The position numbers and the translations under genes were made by a program. The notes under the pieces are model-generated. The model had not been told where the DNA came from, did not search any database, and saw only the letters and a list, made by a program, of their open reading frames with translations. A stretch of 59,625 nt of DNA, the filler included. It is 4 parts of 4 records of this genome, joined end to end, with 100 filler letters (N's around TTAATTAATTAA, not from the genome) between each part and the next. Parts side by side here need not be neighbours in the genome. Positions count along the whole stretch, not along the records: positions 1 to 19,755 come from SRR31147125_15029; 3 more parts are not named here. One strand, 5' to 3'. Each line of letters opens with the position of its first letter. Position 1 is the first letter of the stretch. This document shows positions 1 to 11,219 of the stretch, one piece after another.

Positions 1-1
1 T

Positions 2-457
2 TTTCCCTTGTCGCGGAGCATGCAAGATCCTCTGGCTGTCGAAGAAGAAAGACGTCTTTTTTATGTGGGAACAACGCGGGCCAAGGAAAAACTCTATTTG
101 TCATGGGCCAAAAAACGACGACGATATGGTGAAAGAGCGGAAAGTATAAAATCACGATTCCTGAAAGAACTGGATGACTCTTTTATAACAATAGAAAGCT
201 CAGCGCTTTCCAGGTTTACGCAAAGAAGAGCACAGAAGAAGCAGTCCTGGCGGGAAGAGCCCATGCCGAACTATGAAGATCAATCACAGGAACAGGTTGA
301 GTTCCGACCGGGCATGCGGGTTGGCCATCAGATGTTTGGTAAGGGTACTGTTTTACAAGTTGAGCCTGCTTATGGAAATATTAAACTTGTCATCTTGTTT
401 GATTCGCAAGGAAGGAAAAGATTGGTATTACCTTATGCTAAATTGGAGATATTGTAA
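2..457 (+). CDS. pcrA: UvrD/PcrA ATP-dependent DNA helicase, C-terminal part (truncated by window start)
   Basis: Helicase motif VI EEERRLFYVGTTRAKEKLYLS and C-terminal Tudor-like domain (GMRVGHQMFGKGTV...KRLVLPYAKLE); frame open from base 2. Confidence 0.9.
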   Translation, partial: FPLSRSMQDPLAVEEERRLFYVGTTRAKEKLYLSWAKKRRRYGERAESIKSRFLKELDDSFITIESSALSRFTQRRAQKKQSWREEPMPNYEDQSQEQVEFRPGMRVGHQMFGKGTVLQVEPAYGNIKLVILFDSQGRKRLVLPYAKLEIL

Positions 458-464
458 GGTGAAA

Positions 465-3400
465 ATGAAAAATATTTTAATCACGGTTTTTATAATGTTG
501 TTTTTCGTGGCGAATCACAATGTGTATTCCCAGACAAACATTTTGCAGGAAGAACAGGATTTTAATTTCGCCGCGAGTTTATCCAAAAAGGGGATGTTTG
601 ATTTATCGGCATTACAGTTTTTAAATTTTGCGGAAAATTTTCCCACCAGTCCTCGTGCACCTGAAGCATTATTTCGGGCTGCTCAGAGCTACAGGCAAAT
701 TGACAGCCTGAAAAAAGCTGAAAATGTCTATTTGCAATTACTTTTTAAATATCCTGAAAGCGCCTTTATGGATCAGGCTCAGTTCAACAGAGCAGAGATC
801 CTGGAGTCGTTTGGACAGCACCTCGAAGCGGGTATTGCATTTGAACGTGTTCGGTTATTCAGCCCTAAAAGTGAGTTGGTGCCAAAAGCCCAATTATCTG
901 CTTCAGGCGCATTTTTTCAAGCCGGGGATTACAAACGTTCACGAGATGTTTTATTCTGGTTTTTAGAAGAGTTTTCAACACATCCTCTCAGACTGGAAGC
1001 ACGATACAAATTGGCGCACATATACAAGCAAGAGCAGCAACCTAAACTGGCACTGCAAGAACTGGATCGTATTGCAGGAGAACGGGTTGAAGATGATTTG
1101 ACAACCAGAGCCCAGCTACTCCGGGCCCAGGTTCTTCGACAGGGTGGCCGTTTTTCACAAGCTGATAGTGTCTTAAAAGTTGTTGTTGAAAGTGGTTATC
1201 AGGGTGACGCTGTTGGTGAAGCTGCTATTGAGCTGGCCAGGTCTTTTCAAAAAAAGGTGATTTTGATCAATCGAATGAAAGTGTAAACAAGGCTTTATTG
1301 CTAAATCTGAATGAGGGATCAAGGAATACTCTTAACATGATTTTAGCGGATAATCAATATGCGCGTAATAACCTGAATTCTGCTTTAGAAATATATGACT
1401 CATTTACCAAGGAAAGCCTGCCAATTGAAAAACGCTATACCCTGGAATTTCGGCAAGCTGTGACACATCAAAAAGCCGGTCATTCTGATAAAGCCTTGAT
1501 TCATTTCGAGTCCGTCTTAGCTATGGATGATAGTCTGTCGAGTCTTGATTTTGTCAGGCACCGGGCACTGATTGAAGCGGCACATGTATTAAACTCGAAT
1601 GGGCAATACCAGCAATCCCTGCGTTTATTGAGAATCAATTTAAAATCATCTAATTACCAAGATGAGATAATGTATCAAATTGGCCACACTCTTGAAAAAG
1701 TTCAGGATTGGCCCGGGGCACGCAGGAGTTTTTCCGGCATTCAGGAACTGTTTCCCACGAGTTCGTATGTGGATGAGGCACAATTAGGCATTGCTTCTGC
1801 TTATGAAGCACAGAAAGACTATTCACTTGCCCGTGCTGAATATAAAAGATATCTTGATCAGTTCCCAGGTGCTGATGATGTTGTGCTGGCACAGAAGAAA
1901 CTCGAGTACCTGCAAAAGTTTTTACCGCTGAACAATAAAGAGTCGAACTCTATTTTTAACTCCATCCTTTTACAGAATTTGAGTGGTTCTCAGAACAGTG
2001 CGTTTTTAGTAAAGTTTGCTGAAGAACAGATTTATTCATATCATGACTATTTTGACGCGCTAAAAACATTAAAAAAGGTTATTGCAAATGGAGAGAGCGC
2101 CGGGACTGATCAGCAAAAGCTTTTATATCTGATGAGTCTTTGTCATTCCTTAATAGCTGAAAAGTATGATATGGATCAAAATGCCAGTCAAGCGGCCGTA
2201 CACAGAGATTCCCTGAATTCTATTGTCTATGTACTTGAGACAAATTTTAGTCCGTCTCATTGGACAAATGAGGCCGTGTATCTGGCTACAAAGGCTCATG
2301 TATCAAAGGAACTCTCTTCGGCACAAAAAAGTGCTTATCTGGACACTGTTGTGCAAAATTTATCTCAGCTGGGTGCCGCGGATTCCTTAGTGAATGATTT
2401 GAAATATAATTTAGCTGAAGAGCTTTATAAAAATAACCTGACAGTGAAAGATTCCGTTACTTTTAGACGGGTGGAGCATTATTGCCAGCAAATTCGTCAG
2501 AGTGCTAGTCGAAATGATCTCGCTGAAAAGGCACATTTATTACACGCCATGGTTTACTATTCCACAGCTAAAAGCGATAGTGCTATTTCCTTGCTGAAGC
2601 AATTTCTTACAACGTTTTCCACCAGTCCCAAAATCATAAAAACATATCTGACGCTTGCTGAACTCTATGAGCAACAAAATAGAATTGATGACGCCATAAA
2701 ACTATATGAATATGTTAGTGAACAGTATTTTTATGCAAAAGATGCTGCTGTGGCAAAAAGTAAATTGTGCGCACTTTTTTTAAAAGAAAAAAGAGTGGAA
2801 GAAGCACTCTCTTGTCTGGATGGGAATCGATTAAATGAGATAGAGCAAGAGCTTTATCTGTTTTTGCCACATCAATCTGAGGATGAAAGCTTGTGGTTAA
2901 ACGCCGAAGCGAAAAGAGTGCAAGGATCTCATGCAGATGCCATGCAGGTTTATCGGGACTATCTGATAAAGGTACCGAACGGAATTCATCGCTCTGACGC
3001 CCTGCTTGCTATGGGAGAACTGGCTGAGGATATGAATTATGAAGATATGGCGCATGGATTTTATAAAGAGTTAATACAAACATTCCCGGATGATACTCTC
3101 TTCCAGATCGCTCAGGTCAGGTCAGCCGATATTTATTTTAAAAAAAGGACTTTCAGAGAGCAGTCACTGAGTATGCTGCCATTAAATCACGTGTTTCAGG
3201 TTCTCTCTTAAAACATGTTGCATCACAAGAGGTTTTATGTCAATATAAACAGGGCAATCTGTCCAGAGCGAAAAACCTTGTTAATGTCTTTAAAAAAGGT
3301 ATTCGGATAAAAAATCAGAAGCCTCTTTTTTATATGCTGAAGGAAATTATTATATAGCAAAAAAAGATTTCAAGAATGCGGAAAAATCTTATAAAGATCT

Positions 3401-4160
3401 GTCAAAAAAATACAATGATTTTCCCGAGGGTGCTTTAGGAGAGCTCGGACTTGGGAGATTGTATTTTATATTAAATCGAACGGATGATGCTTTAAAGTTA
3501 TTAACATCCATACCTGAAAAATATACGGATCCGAAAACAGTTGCAACGGCCTATGTGAATTTAGGCCATTTTTATTATTCCAACCGACAAATAGACAACT
3601 GTATTATAACAACGCGTAAGGTTCTGGAACTACAGGAAAAAGGGGATGAACATGAACAGGCCATGCGGTTGCTAGTTAATGCTTATGATGATGTGAGGTT
3701 ATGGGATCGTGCTATAGCCCTTGCAAGAGAATATGTTCAGCTTTATCCCAATAGTCCTTACAATATCTCCTTTAAAACAAAAATCGGGCAGTTTTTAAGA
3801 AAATTAAAAGAATATGACAGGGCCATTGCGTTTTTTCGCAATTTGAAACCACTTGTTGATGCTGAAACAGAAGCTGAGATACAGTACTGGATTGCCAAGA
3901 CCTACTCGGAACGGGGTAGTGCAGAACAGGCTATTACGGAATTTTTAAAGGTGAAATATCTTAGCAAACCCACAAAATTACCATGGGGTGATACAGCACT
4001 CTATGAAGCGGGTATGGCTTATCGGAAATTGGGAAACCTGGAGAAAGCAAAAGAATTACTTCAGGAAGTTGTACGTTCAAGGGGGGCTGCGGATCAAATC
4101 GGTCAGGTAGCGAATGAAAAAATTAAAGAAATAGATGCTGAATTGGCAAAAAAATCCTGA
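465..4160 (+). CDS. Giant exported tetratricopeptide-repeat protein (~1,230 aa, BamD/CpoB-like repeats), split into pieces by three homopolymer frameshifts
   Basis: Signal peptide MKNILITVFIMLFFVANHNVYSQ from ATG 465; repeated TPR units (FPTSPRAPEALF, YPESAFMDQAQF, FPTSSYVDEAQL). Adding one A at the runs 1249-1255, 3140-3146 and 3292-3297 joins ORFs 273-1286, 1298-3211, an unlisted middle segment and 3459-4160 into one frame. Confidence 0.8.
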
Positions 4161-4178
4161 TTATAGGCAATCACCAAG

Positions 4179-5018
4179 ATGAATGAGATATTTTTTAATA
4201 TTATTGAAACATCCCTGGAAGAGGATCTCCAAAAACGCGGGGATATCACGACAGCTGCGATTGGAGATGACGATAAAAAGGCAACAGCTGTTATTATCGC
4301 AAAACAGGCGGGTGTATTGGCAGGTGTGGATATTGCAAAACAGGTTTTCCAGCGACTGGATAGTGCAATGTCCTTTGAACAACAAAAATCAGATGGAGAA
4401 AAAATAAACAATAAAGAACAGCTCTTGTCTATCGAGGGAAAGTTGTCAGCAATTTTAATGGCTGAGAGAACAGCCCTTAATTTTCTGGGAAGATTATCCG
4501 GAATTGCCACTCTGACTAGTCAGTTTGTTGAAAAAGTAAAAGGAACCAAAGCAAAAATATTGGACACACGAAAAACAACTCCTGGATGGAGGCTGCTGGA
4601 AAAATACGCTGTCCGTTGTGGTGGTGGTGTGAATCATCGGATGGGCCTGTATGATATGTTTTTGCTCAAAGAAAATCATATTTGCGCTGCCGGTGGCATC
4701 ACACCAGCTGTACAAAAATGTCGTGAATATATGAAAAATCATTCTCTGGATATAGAAATTGAAGTAGAAACAAAAAATTTTGAGGAATTAAAGCAGGCTG
4801 CCGCACTGAATGTGGAACGAATTATGCTTGATAACATGCCCCTGGAATTAATGAAAAAATGTGTCATGTATGTTGATAGTAAAATACCTCTTGAGGCGTC
4901 GGGCAACGTGAAACTTGAAAATGTACGTGATATAGCTGAAACCGGAGTTGATTATATCTCCACAGGAGCGATTACCCATTCTGCCCCCATTTTTGATTTC
5001 AGTTTGTTACTTGACTGA
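4179..5018 (+). CDS. nadC: Nicotinate-nucleotide pyrophosphorylase (carboxylating)
   Basis: Motifs ERTALNFL, DTRKTTPG, HRMGLYD, IMLDNM, LEASGNV, VDYISTGAITHSAP. Confidence 0.97.
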   Translation: MNEIFFNIIETSLEEDLQKRGDITTAAIGDDDKKATAVIIAKQAGVLAGVDIAKQVFQRLDSAMSFEQQKSDGEKINNKEQLLSIEGKLSAILMAERTALNFLGRLSGIATLTSQFVEKVKGTKAKILDTRKTTPGWRLLEKYAVRCGGGVNHRMGLYDMFLLKENHICAAGGITPAVQKCREYMKNHSLDIEIEVETKNFEELKQAAALNVERIMLDNMPLELMKKCVMYVDSKIPLEASGNVKLENVRDIAETGVDYISTGAITHSAPIFDFSLLLD

Positions 5019-5195
5019 TTTTTCATTTTCTCTGACAAATCGCCTGCTATGTATGCCAAAATGACAGTTTGTTTAGCCTGGGATACGATTGGTACTATGG
5101 CCTAACTGTATAATTTATAACATTGTGAAAATGGAACATTATTTGCACCGTTTACGTTTGTTATGTAATATTTATATTTAATTGATGAGGATAGA

Positions 5196-6730
5196 ATGGA
5201 TATTTTTAGTAATAAAAACATACCGACTCCTGACGAGTTGCGAAAAGAAGTGTCTGATTTTTTAAAGAGCAAATATGGCGAGAGAGTTGTTATTCCACCA
5301 GAAGCGGATGCTGCCGGAAATGAACCGGAAGACTCGGGTGAAAAAATCCCAAAACCACATTTTGTAAATTTTGATCTTAAACCGACCGAGCTGGAAGATT
5401 ATTTAAATCAATTTGTTGTTGGACAGGAGGAAGCCATTGAGGTTTTGGCAACAAAAATTTGTACGCATTTTAATCGTATGAAATTGGAGACCAAAACAGA
5501 TGGTGTTGGCGAGATTGTAGGTAATATTAAAAGCAATATACTTATGATAGGACCAACTGGAGTAGGTAAAACTTATATACTAAAGCTTATTGCCAGTAAA
5601 ATTGGTGTTCCTTTTGTGAAAGGAGATGCCACAAAGTTTAGTGAAACCGGTTATGTTGGTGGAGATGTGGACGATCTCGTTCGCAGTCTCGTGCATGAGG
5701 CTAACGGGGATATGAAACTGGCGGAATATGGTATTATATATCTTGATGAAATTGACAAGATCGCTTCTGCCGGTAATAGTTACGGTCCTGATGTGTCTCG
5801 AACAGGCGTACAGAGGAACTTACTTAAACTTATGGAAGAAGCGGAAGTCGATCTGAAAACGCCTCATGATCTGGCATCACAAATGGAAGCGGCTATGGAA
5901 GCGCAAAGAACAGGGAAGGTAAAGAGAAAAAAATTAATACAAAAAATATTCTCTTTGTTATGAGTGGTTCCTTTGGTTCTTTGCCTGACATTATTCGTAG
6001 AAGATTAAATCAGCAACCGGTTGGATTCCGTAATCACTCTGAAGATTTACCTGAAAATGTGAATGATAATATTCAGGTGCTCAAAAATTGCCGTTCCGAA
6101 GATTTGATCAGTTTTGGTTTCGAATCAGAATTTGTCGGCCGACTTCCAGTTGTTGTCACGCTGAATGATCTGGATGTGAAAGGATTATATAGTATTCTTA
6201 AAAATCCCAATAGTTCGGTTATTTTGGGTAAAAAACGAGATTTTCAGGCATATGATATTGATATTCATTTTGATGATGATTCCTTAACCCGGATTGCCGA
6301 ATTAGCTTATGAAGAACATACCGGCGCCAGGGGACTGGTTAGTGCTGTAGATCGACTATTATTAAAGTACGAAAAATTATTACCTGATTCCGATATCAGG
6401 GAGATCCGTATTTCACAAGCGATAATTGAAAATCCCGAACAGGAACTTCATAAACTCCTGACTAATTATTATATTAAAAAATTTCAGAAACGTTTTCTGG
6501 CCACAAATGGAATTGTGATCACATTTACAGAGAAGGCGACGGAATTGCTCACAGAAAAAGCCAAACAAAACCGGAAAAACTTTGAGCAGGTTTGTAATGA
6601 TATGTTGAGAGATTATGAATACGGCTTGAAATTACTCGAATGCGATCAGTTTACGGTCGATGAAGAAATTGTGACGAATCCAAAACAACGACTTGAAGAA
6701 CTTATAAAAAAAGCCTACGAGAGTAAATAA
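5196..6730 (+). CDS. ClpX-like AAA+ ATPase lacking the N-terminal zinc-binding domain (split by frameshift at A-run 5927-5933)
   Basis: [15 protein letters not shown] (Walker A), [15 protein letters not shown] pore loop, IYLDEIDKI (Walker B), [19 protein letters not shown] loop, [15 protein letters not shown]; restoring one A gives ...[14 protein letters not shown]. Confidence 0.85.
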
Positions 6731-6740
6731 TAACGCTGAC

Positions 6741-6779
6741 ATAAAACGCCGTTTCCGGTAAAATGAAACGGCGTTTTAT
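6741..6779. terminator. Intrinsic terminator-like hairpin after the ClpX-like gene
   Basis: Perfect 15-bp inverted repeat ATAAAACGCCGTTTC / GAAACGGCGTTTTAT. Confidence 0.8.
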
Positions 6780-6880
6780 CTATAATAGAAAATAATGGTA
6801 AATTAAAAGATGTGATTTCTAAAAACTGTCATTTTGACACACGATTACGAGAAACTTGTCAGAAACAGGATAAATTGCCA

Positions 6881-7381
6881 ATGGATGTCATTGAGGCTAT
6901 TAACCAGAGATGCTGTATCCGAAGCTATGAAAATAAATCACTTTCACGTGATTTATTAGAAAAACTTGTCGATGCGGGACGACGTGCTCCCACTGGACGA
7001 AATGTGCAGCCTTTAGAATTTATTGTCATTACCGAGAAACAAACAAGAGAACAACTGGCAAATATAACAGAATATGGTAAATTCATTGCCCAGGCGCCAG
7101 CTTGCATCGCAGTATACAGTAAGGATACAAAATATTTCCTGGAAGATGGGTGCGCTGCTGTTGAAAATATATTGCTCGCTGCAACAGGCCTGGGGCTCGG
7201 TGCGTGTTGGGTGGCGGGTGATAAAAAACCATATACCGGCATAATAAACGACATACTTGAGGTGAGTGATGGATTTAAGCTCATTGCTCTCATTCCTGTC
7301 GGATACCCCACAAAAAGATCTACACCAAGACCTAAAAGACCTCTGCAAGAAGTTTTACACTGGGAAAAATTCAATAAATAA
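6881..7381 (+). CDS. Nitroreductase family protein
   Basis: MDVIEAINQRCCIRSY, APTGRNVQPLEFIVI, AAVENILLAATGLGLGACW, IPVGYP; likely start ATG 6881 rather than GTG 6812. Confidence 0.92.
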   Translation: MDVIEAINQRCCIRSYENKSLSRDLLEKLVDAGRRAPTGRNVQPLEFIVITEKQTREQLANITEYGKFIAQAPACIAVYSKDTKYFLEDGCAAVENILLAATGLGLGACWVAGDKKPYTGIINDILEVSDGFKLIALIPVGYPTKRSTPRPKRPLQEVLHWEKFNK

Positions 7382-9243
7382 TGACTGAAAAACGAACGCA
7401 AAAATTATCAGAAAAACTGGCCAATCTGTCTTCAAAACCCGGCGTGTATCTTTTTAGGGATAAAAAGGGTGAAATTATCTATATTGGCAAGGCCAAAGTG
7501 TTGCGAAATCGTGTGCGTTCTTATTTTCATAAAGGCAGAAAAAGTGATCCCAAGCTTGACCGCCTTGTTTCCCGGATAGCCAATTTTGAGACAATCATCA
7601 CTGATTCGGATGTTGAAGCTTTAATTCTTGAAGCAAATCTCGTTAGAGAGAACAAGCCCCGATATAACATCAATCTTAAAGATGATAAAAGTTATCCCTA
7701 TATTCGGGTAACAAATGAGCCTTTTCCGCGAATTTTTGTGACCAGGAAAATCATCCGCGACGGTTCGCGATATTTTGGTCCTTTTACGGATGTGAGATCC
7801 ATGAAAGCCCTGCTCAAAACGGCAAAAAAGATCTTTGCTATTCGTTCCTGTAACCTTGGCTTAACTGAAGGTGATATCGCCAGAAATAAATTTAATATAT
7901 GTCTGGACTACCATATTCAACGATGTCACGGCCCTTGTGAAGGTCATGTCACAAAAACTGAATACCGAAAAATGATAGATAATGTGGTTCGCTTTATTGA
8001 TGGCCATCCGGGTCAGGTTGTTTCCGAAATAAAAAATCGTATGCAGGAATCTGTCAAAGCATTGCGATTTGAAGAAGCCGCCCGGTTGCGTGATCAGCTG
8101 GAGCAGATCGAACTTTTTCAAAATCATCAAAAAGTAATGGATACATCCCTTATTGACAGAGATATTATTGCGACAGCTAAAGATATTAAAGATTCATGTT
8201 GTGTCGTATTTAAAATGCGAGAGGGCAAGCTTATTGGACGACAGCATTTTTATCTGAACAGTCTGGTGGATGATGAATACGCTTCTATTACCAGTGCATT
8301 TTTAAGGCAGTATTATCTGGATACGGATTATATTCCGGATGAGATATTTCTATCCACACATCTCAATGATGATTTGGAGCCGATCCGGACATGGCTTTCC
8401 CGGAAAAGTAATAAAAATGTAGATATATCCTGTCCAAATGAAGGTGAACATGCCAGGCTTGTAAAAATGTGCCAAAAAAATGCGACCCTGCTGCTTGAAG
8501 AATTAAAGATTCAAAAATACAAATCCGAGGAATTTACAGCAAAATCCGTACAAGCCTTACAAAGTGATCTGAGCCTGACCAGTGCTCCAAAAAGAATCGA
8601 AGGTTTTGATATCTCCAATATTCAGGGTACAGAGCCTGTGGCATCCATGGTGTGTTTTATAAACGGTCAGGCGAGAAAATCGGAATATCGCAAATTTAAA
8701 ATTAAAAGCAAATCTACACCGGATGATTTTGCCATGATGCGTGAAGCCGTCGGGAGAAGATATTCACAGTTATTAGAAGAAAAACAATCTCTACCTGATC
8801 TTGTGTTAATCGATGGAGGAAAAGGGCAGTTAAATGCCGCACTTGATGCTTTAAATGAATTAGGTATTCAGGATTTGCCCATTATCGCTCTGGCCAAAAG
8901 GTTAGATGAAGTTTTTATACCCGGTGTCTCGAGTGCTCAAAATATTCGACGTGGATCGCCCGGATTACACCTGTTGCAACGAGTCCGGGATGAATCTCAC
9001 AGGTTTGCTGTCACATTTCATCGTTCTTTAAGGACAAAGAGAAACCTAAAGTCAGAGTTGGACGATATTGGTGGTATTGGGCCAGCGCGAAGAAAAATTC
9101 TGATGCAAAAGGTGGGCTCTATGGACAAAATTAAGTCAGCCTCTATTGAAGACTTGTCTGCCATAGAGGGAATCCCACCAAAAATAGCGGAACAGATCTG
9201 GAATTATTTTAATTCTGATCAAACGAATAATTCACAGGATTAA
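7381..9243 (+). CDS. uvrC: Excinuclease ABC subunit C
   Basis: GIY-YIG start PGVYLF...IYIGKAKVLRNRVRSYF, IEGFDISN, LVLIDGGKGQL, RDESHRFA, C-terminal HhH. Confidence 0.98.
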   Translation: MTEKRTQKLSEKLANLSSKPGVYLFRDKKGEIIYIGKAKVLRNRVRSYFHKGRKSDPKLDRLVSRIANFETIITDSDVEALILEANLVRENKPRYNINLKDDKSYPYIRVTNEPFPRIFVTRKIIRDGSRYFGPFTDVRSMKALLKTAKKIFAIRSCNLGLTEGDIARNKFNICLDYHIQRCHGPCEGHVTKTEYRKMIDNVVRFIDGHPGQVVSEIKNRMQESVKALRFEEAARLRDQLEQIELFQNHQKVMDTSLIDRDIIATAKDIKDSCCVVFKMREGKLIGRQHFYLNSLVDDEYASITSAFLRQYYLDTDYIPDEIFLSTHLNDDLEPIRTWLSRKSNKNVDISCPNEGEHARLVKMCQKNATLLLEELKIQKYKSEEFTAKSVQALQSDLSLTSAPKRIEGFDISNIQGTEPVASMVCFINGQARKSEYRKFKIKSKSTPDDFAMMREAVGRRYSQLLEEKQSLPDLVLIDGGKGQLNAALDALNELGIQDLPIIALAKRLDEVFIPGVSSAQNIRRGSPGLHLLQRVRDESHRFAVTFHRSLRTKRNLKSELDDIGGIGPARRKILMQKVGSMDKIKSASIEDLSAIEGIPPKIAEQIWNYFNSDQTNNSQD

Positions 9244-9264
9244 AAAGGCAATAGAAATAGAAAC

Positions 9265-10539
9265 ATGGAGATGAGGATGCGAATCCCTTTAATTATTATT
9301 ATTACAAGTATTATAATGGGATGCGCCGGGAGTCGAAAGGCAACTGTGGATGTGCATCAACAAATTAAAGAAACACAATTGGCAATAAAATTGGATCCGA
9401 CGAATCCAATTAATTTTATTGAACTTGGAAATAAGTATTGTCTTATTAAAGAGCTTAAACCAGCCATAGATGCTTATGATAAAGCCCTGGAATTAAAGCC
9501 TGGTTTAAATGAGGCTTTGTTTCAAAAAGGAAATGTGTTATGGCAACAACAGGATTATTCTGAAGCAACCGGGCTATTTAAAAGTGTCCTGTTTAGCACA
9601 GAGGCTGAGGCTTTTACGAAAAGAATTGGAAATGTGATTGGTCTGCCACATCCTGTTGTAAAGAAAAGTGATGGCCTGGGTGACAATGCATTTCCAGCTT
9701 GTTCACCTTTAGATGGAAAAATCCTGTTCCAGTCGAATCGTGATGGTAACTGGGACATTTATTTGACCTATATCAACAATGACAGGTTTGAACGACTGAC
9801 ACAACATAAAGCACGAGATGAGTCACCTGTTTTTGCACCTGATGGAGAATCTTTTGCCTTCACATCAACCCGTGACGATTCGTCCCATATTCACATCGAA
9901 AATATGAATCGAAATATCTACATCGGTACAATAAACAAATCGAAAGTAAAAAAAGTGACACAAAATGAACAAGATGATTGGTCCCCGGTTTTCTCTCCAA
10001 CCGGAAACAAGCTCTTGTTTTTGTCGGGCTTGATTGACGAGAATGGAATTTCGCATAACAATCCTGATATTTTTGAGCTGGATTTACTTAATGGGGAACG
10101 ACATAAACTTTCTACCTCTGGCAAGCTCAAAGTGCTGGGCGATTATGCGACTGATCATACGAGAATTTATTTTTCCAGCAATCCTGACGATATTTTCAGA
10201 ACTTATTATCAAAATGCAGGGGAACAAAACCAGACGTTGGCTTTTGATTTTGACGGTGAAAGTTTTGGTGCCAAGATATCACCGCTAGGTGATCAGATGG
10301 TTTTCTTTGGAAAAGTGAATGGTAATTTTGATATCTACATGATTCACTTGCAAACACGCGATATCTCTCGCCTCACATGTGATCCGGCCATGGACACTCA
10401 TCCGACCTTTTCTTTTGACGACAAGCGGATATACTTTCATTCGAAAAGGGATGGCAGTTATCAAATTTATTGTATTGATTTAAATGAAACTGTAACAAAA
10501 GAAGAATTGATTAAAAGGTTGGATGGTTTGAAAAATTAG
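9265..10539 (+). CDS. Lipoprotein with N-terminal TPR and TolB-like (PD40) beta-propeller
   Basis: Lipobox IIMGC; TPR (AIDAYDKALELKP); repeated SNRDGNWDIY, SPVFAPDG, SPVFSPTG, SKRDGSYQIY. Confidence 0.85.
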   Translation: MEMRMRIPLIIIITSIIMGCAGSRKATVDVHQQIKETQLAIKLDPTNPINFIELGNKYCLIKELKPAIDAYDKALELKPGLNEALFQKGNVLWQQQDYSEATGLFKSVLFSTEAEAFTKRIGNVIGLPHPVVKKSDGLGDNAFPACSPLDGKILFQSNRDGNWDIYLTYINNDRFERLTQHKARDESPVFAPDGESFAFTSTRDDSSHIHIENMNRNIYIGTINKSKVKKVTQNEQDDWSPVFSPTGNKLLFLSGLIDENGISHNNPDIFELDLLNGERHKLSTSGKLKVLGDYATDHTRIYFSSNPDDIFRTYYQNAGEQNQTLAFDFDGESFGAKISPLGDQMVFFGKVNGNFDIYMIHLQTRDISRLTCDPAMDTHPTFSFDDKRIYFHSKRDGSYQIYCIDLNETVTKEELIKRLDGLKN

Positions 10540-10759
10540 ATTTTTTGTAAATTTACAATCTGATGAGAATTCATTGTTAATAAATGAGTTATTGCTCTGT
10601 GGGTATTGTTTAAATGCTTTACCCATAACGAGATAAAAGTGTAAAAAATCAGAGATAGTTGACAGGAAGAATATCTAATTATAATGTAATCAGGAAAAAT
10701 ATTAGTAATCTGACACAAAATTATCTCATTAGAAGGCTAAAATCTTCATGTCAACATAT

Positions 10760-11215
10760 TTATTTTAAAGAATTAATTATTCTGTTTATATTGTGCTTAC
10801 TTATCGTTTTGGAATTTGGCACTATTTTAATAATTTTTTTTATATCTTTTCGGTTCAATTTACCTTTTATTCTACCTACATCAGCATCAATCTGTCTCTC
10901 GATTTCAGGTTTACTAAAAGATTCAATAACTTTACTACAATTTACAAATGAATCATGGTCAAAAAACTCATAATCTGATTTTATTAAATTCAATTGTTGT
11001 ATTCTTAATTCCGGATTATTTTCAATAAAATGGTGGATTTCAGAATTAATTATAAAAAGGAGTGGCTCATTTCCGGAACCAGCTAAGACCAGAAATTTAT
11101 CTTTGGGTAGAGTCGTAAAATGACAGAACAGGTAGACAATTTGGCCGGGTTGAAAATGTCTTTTTATATATCTTTCCTTTTCGTCCTTTGGAAAGAAATC
11201 CCCCAAATTTTTCAT
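10760..11215 (-). CDS. Putative toxin with divergent PemK/MazF-like pattern
   Basis: PGQIVYL..PKDKFLVL..IINS..DSFVNCSKV..KGKL follows the MazF element order; starts 4 bp after the Panacea gene stop. Confidence 0.55.
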   Translation of the reverse strand: MKNLGDFFPKDEKERYIKRHFQPGQIVYLFCHFTTLPKDKFLVLAGSGNEPLLFIINSEIHHFIENNPELRIQQLNLIKSDYEFFDHDSFVNCSKVIESFSKPEIERQIDADVGRIKGKLNRKDIKKIIKIVPNSKTISKHNINRIINSLK

Positions 11216-11219
11216 CTTT

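Noticed and set aside
273-464. N-terminal ORF extensions (273-464; also 23131-23373, 26867-26944, 44066-44158)
   Set aside because: They overlap upstream genes or regulatory DNA; downstream starts fit signal peptides, RBSs or family lengths better.
10659-10973. 104-aa hydrophobic plus-strand ORF as a membrane toxin
   Set aside because: Mostly the antisense shadow of the Lys/Ile-rich toxin gene, with no RBS or family motif.
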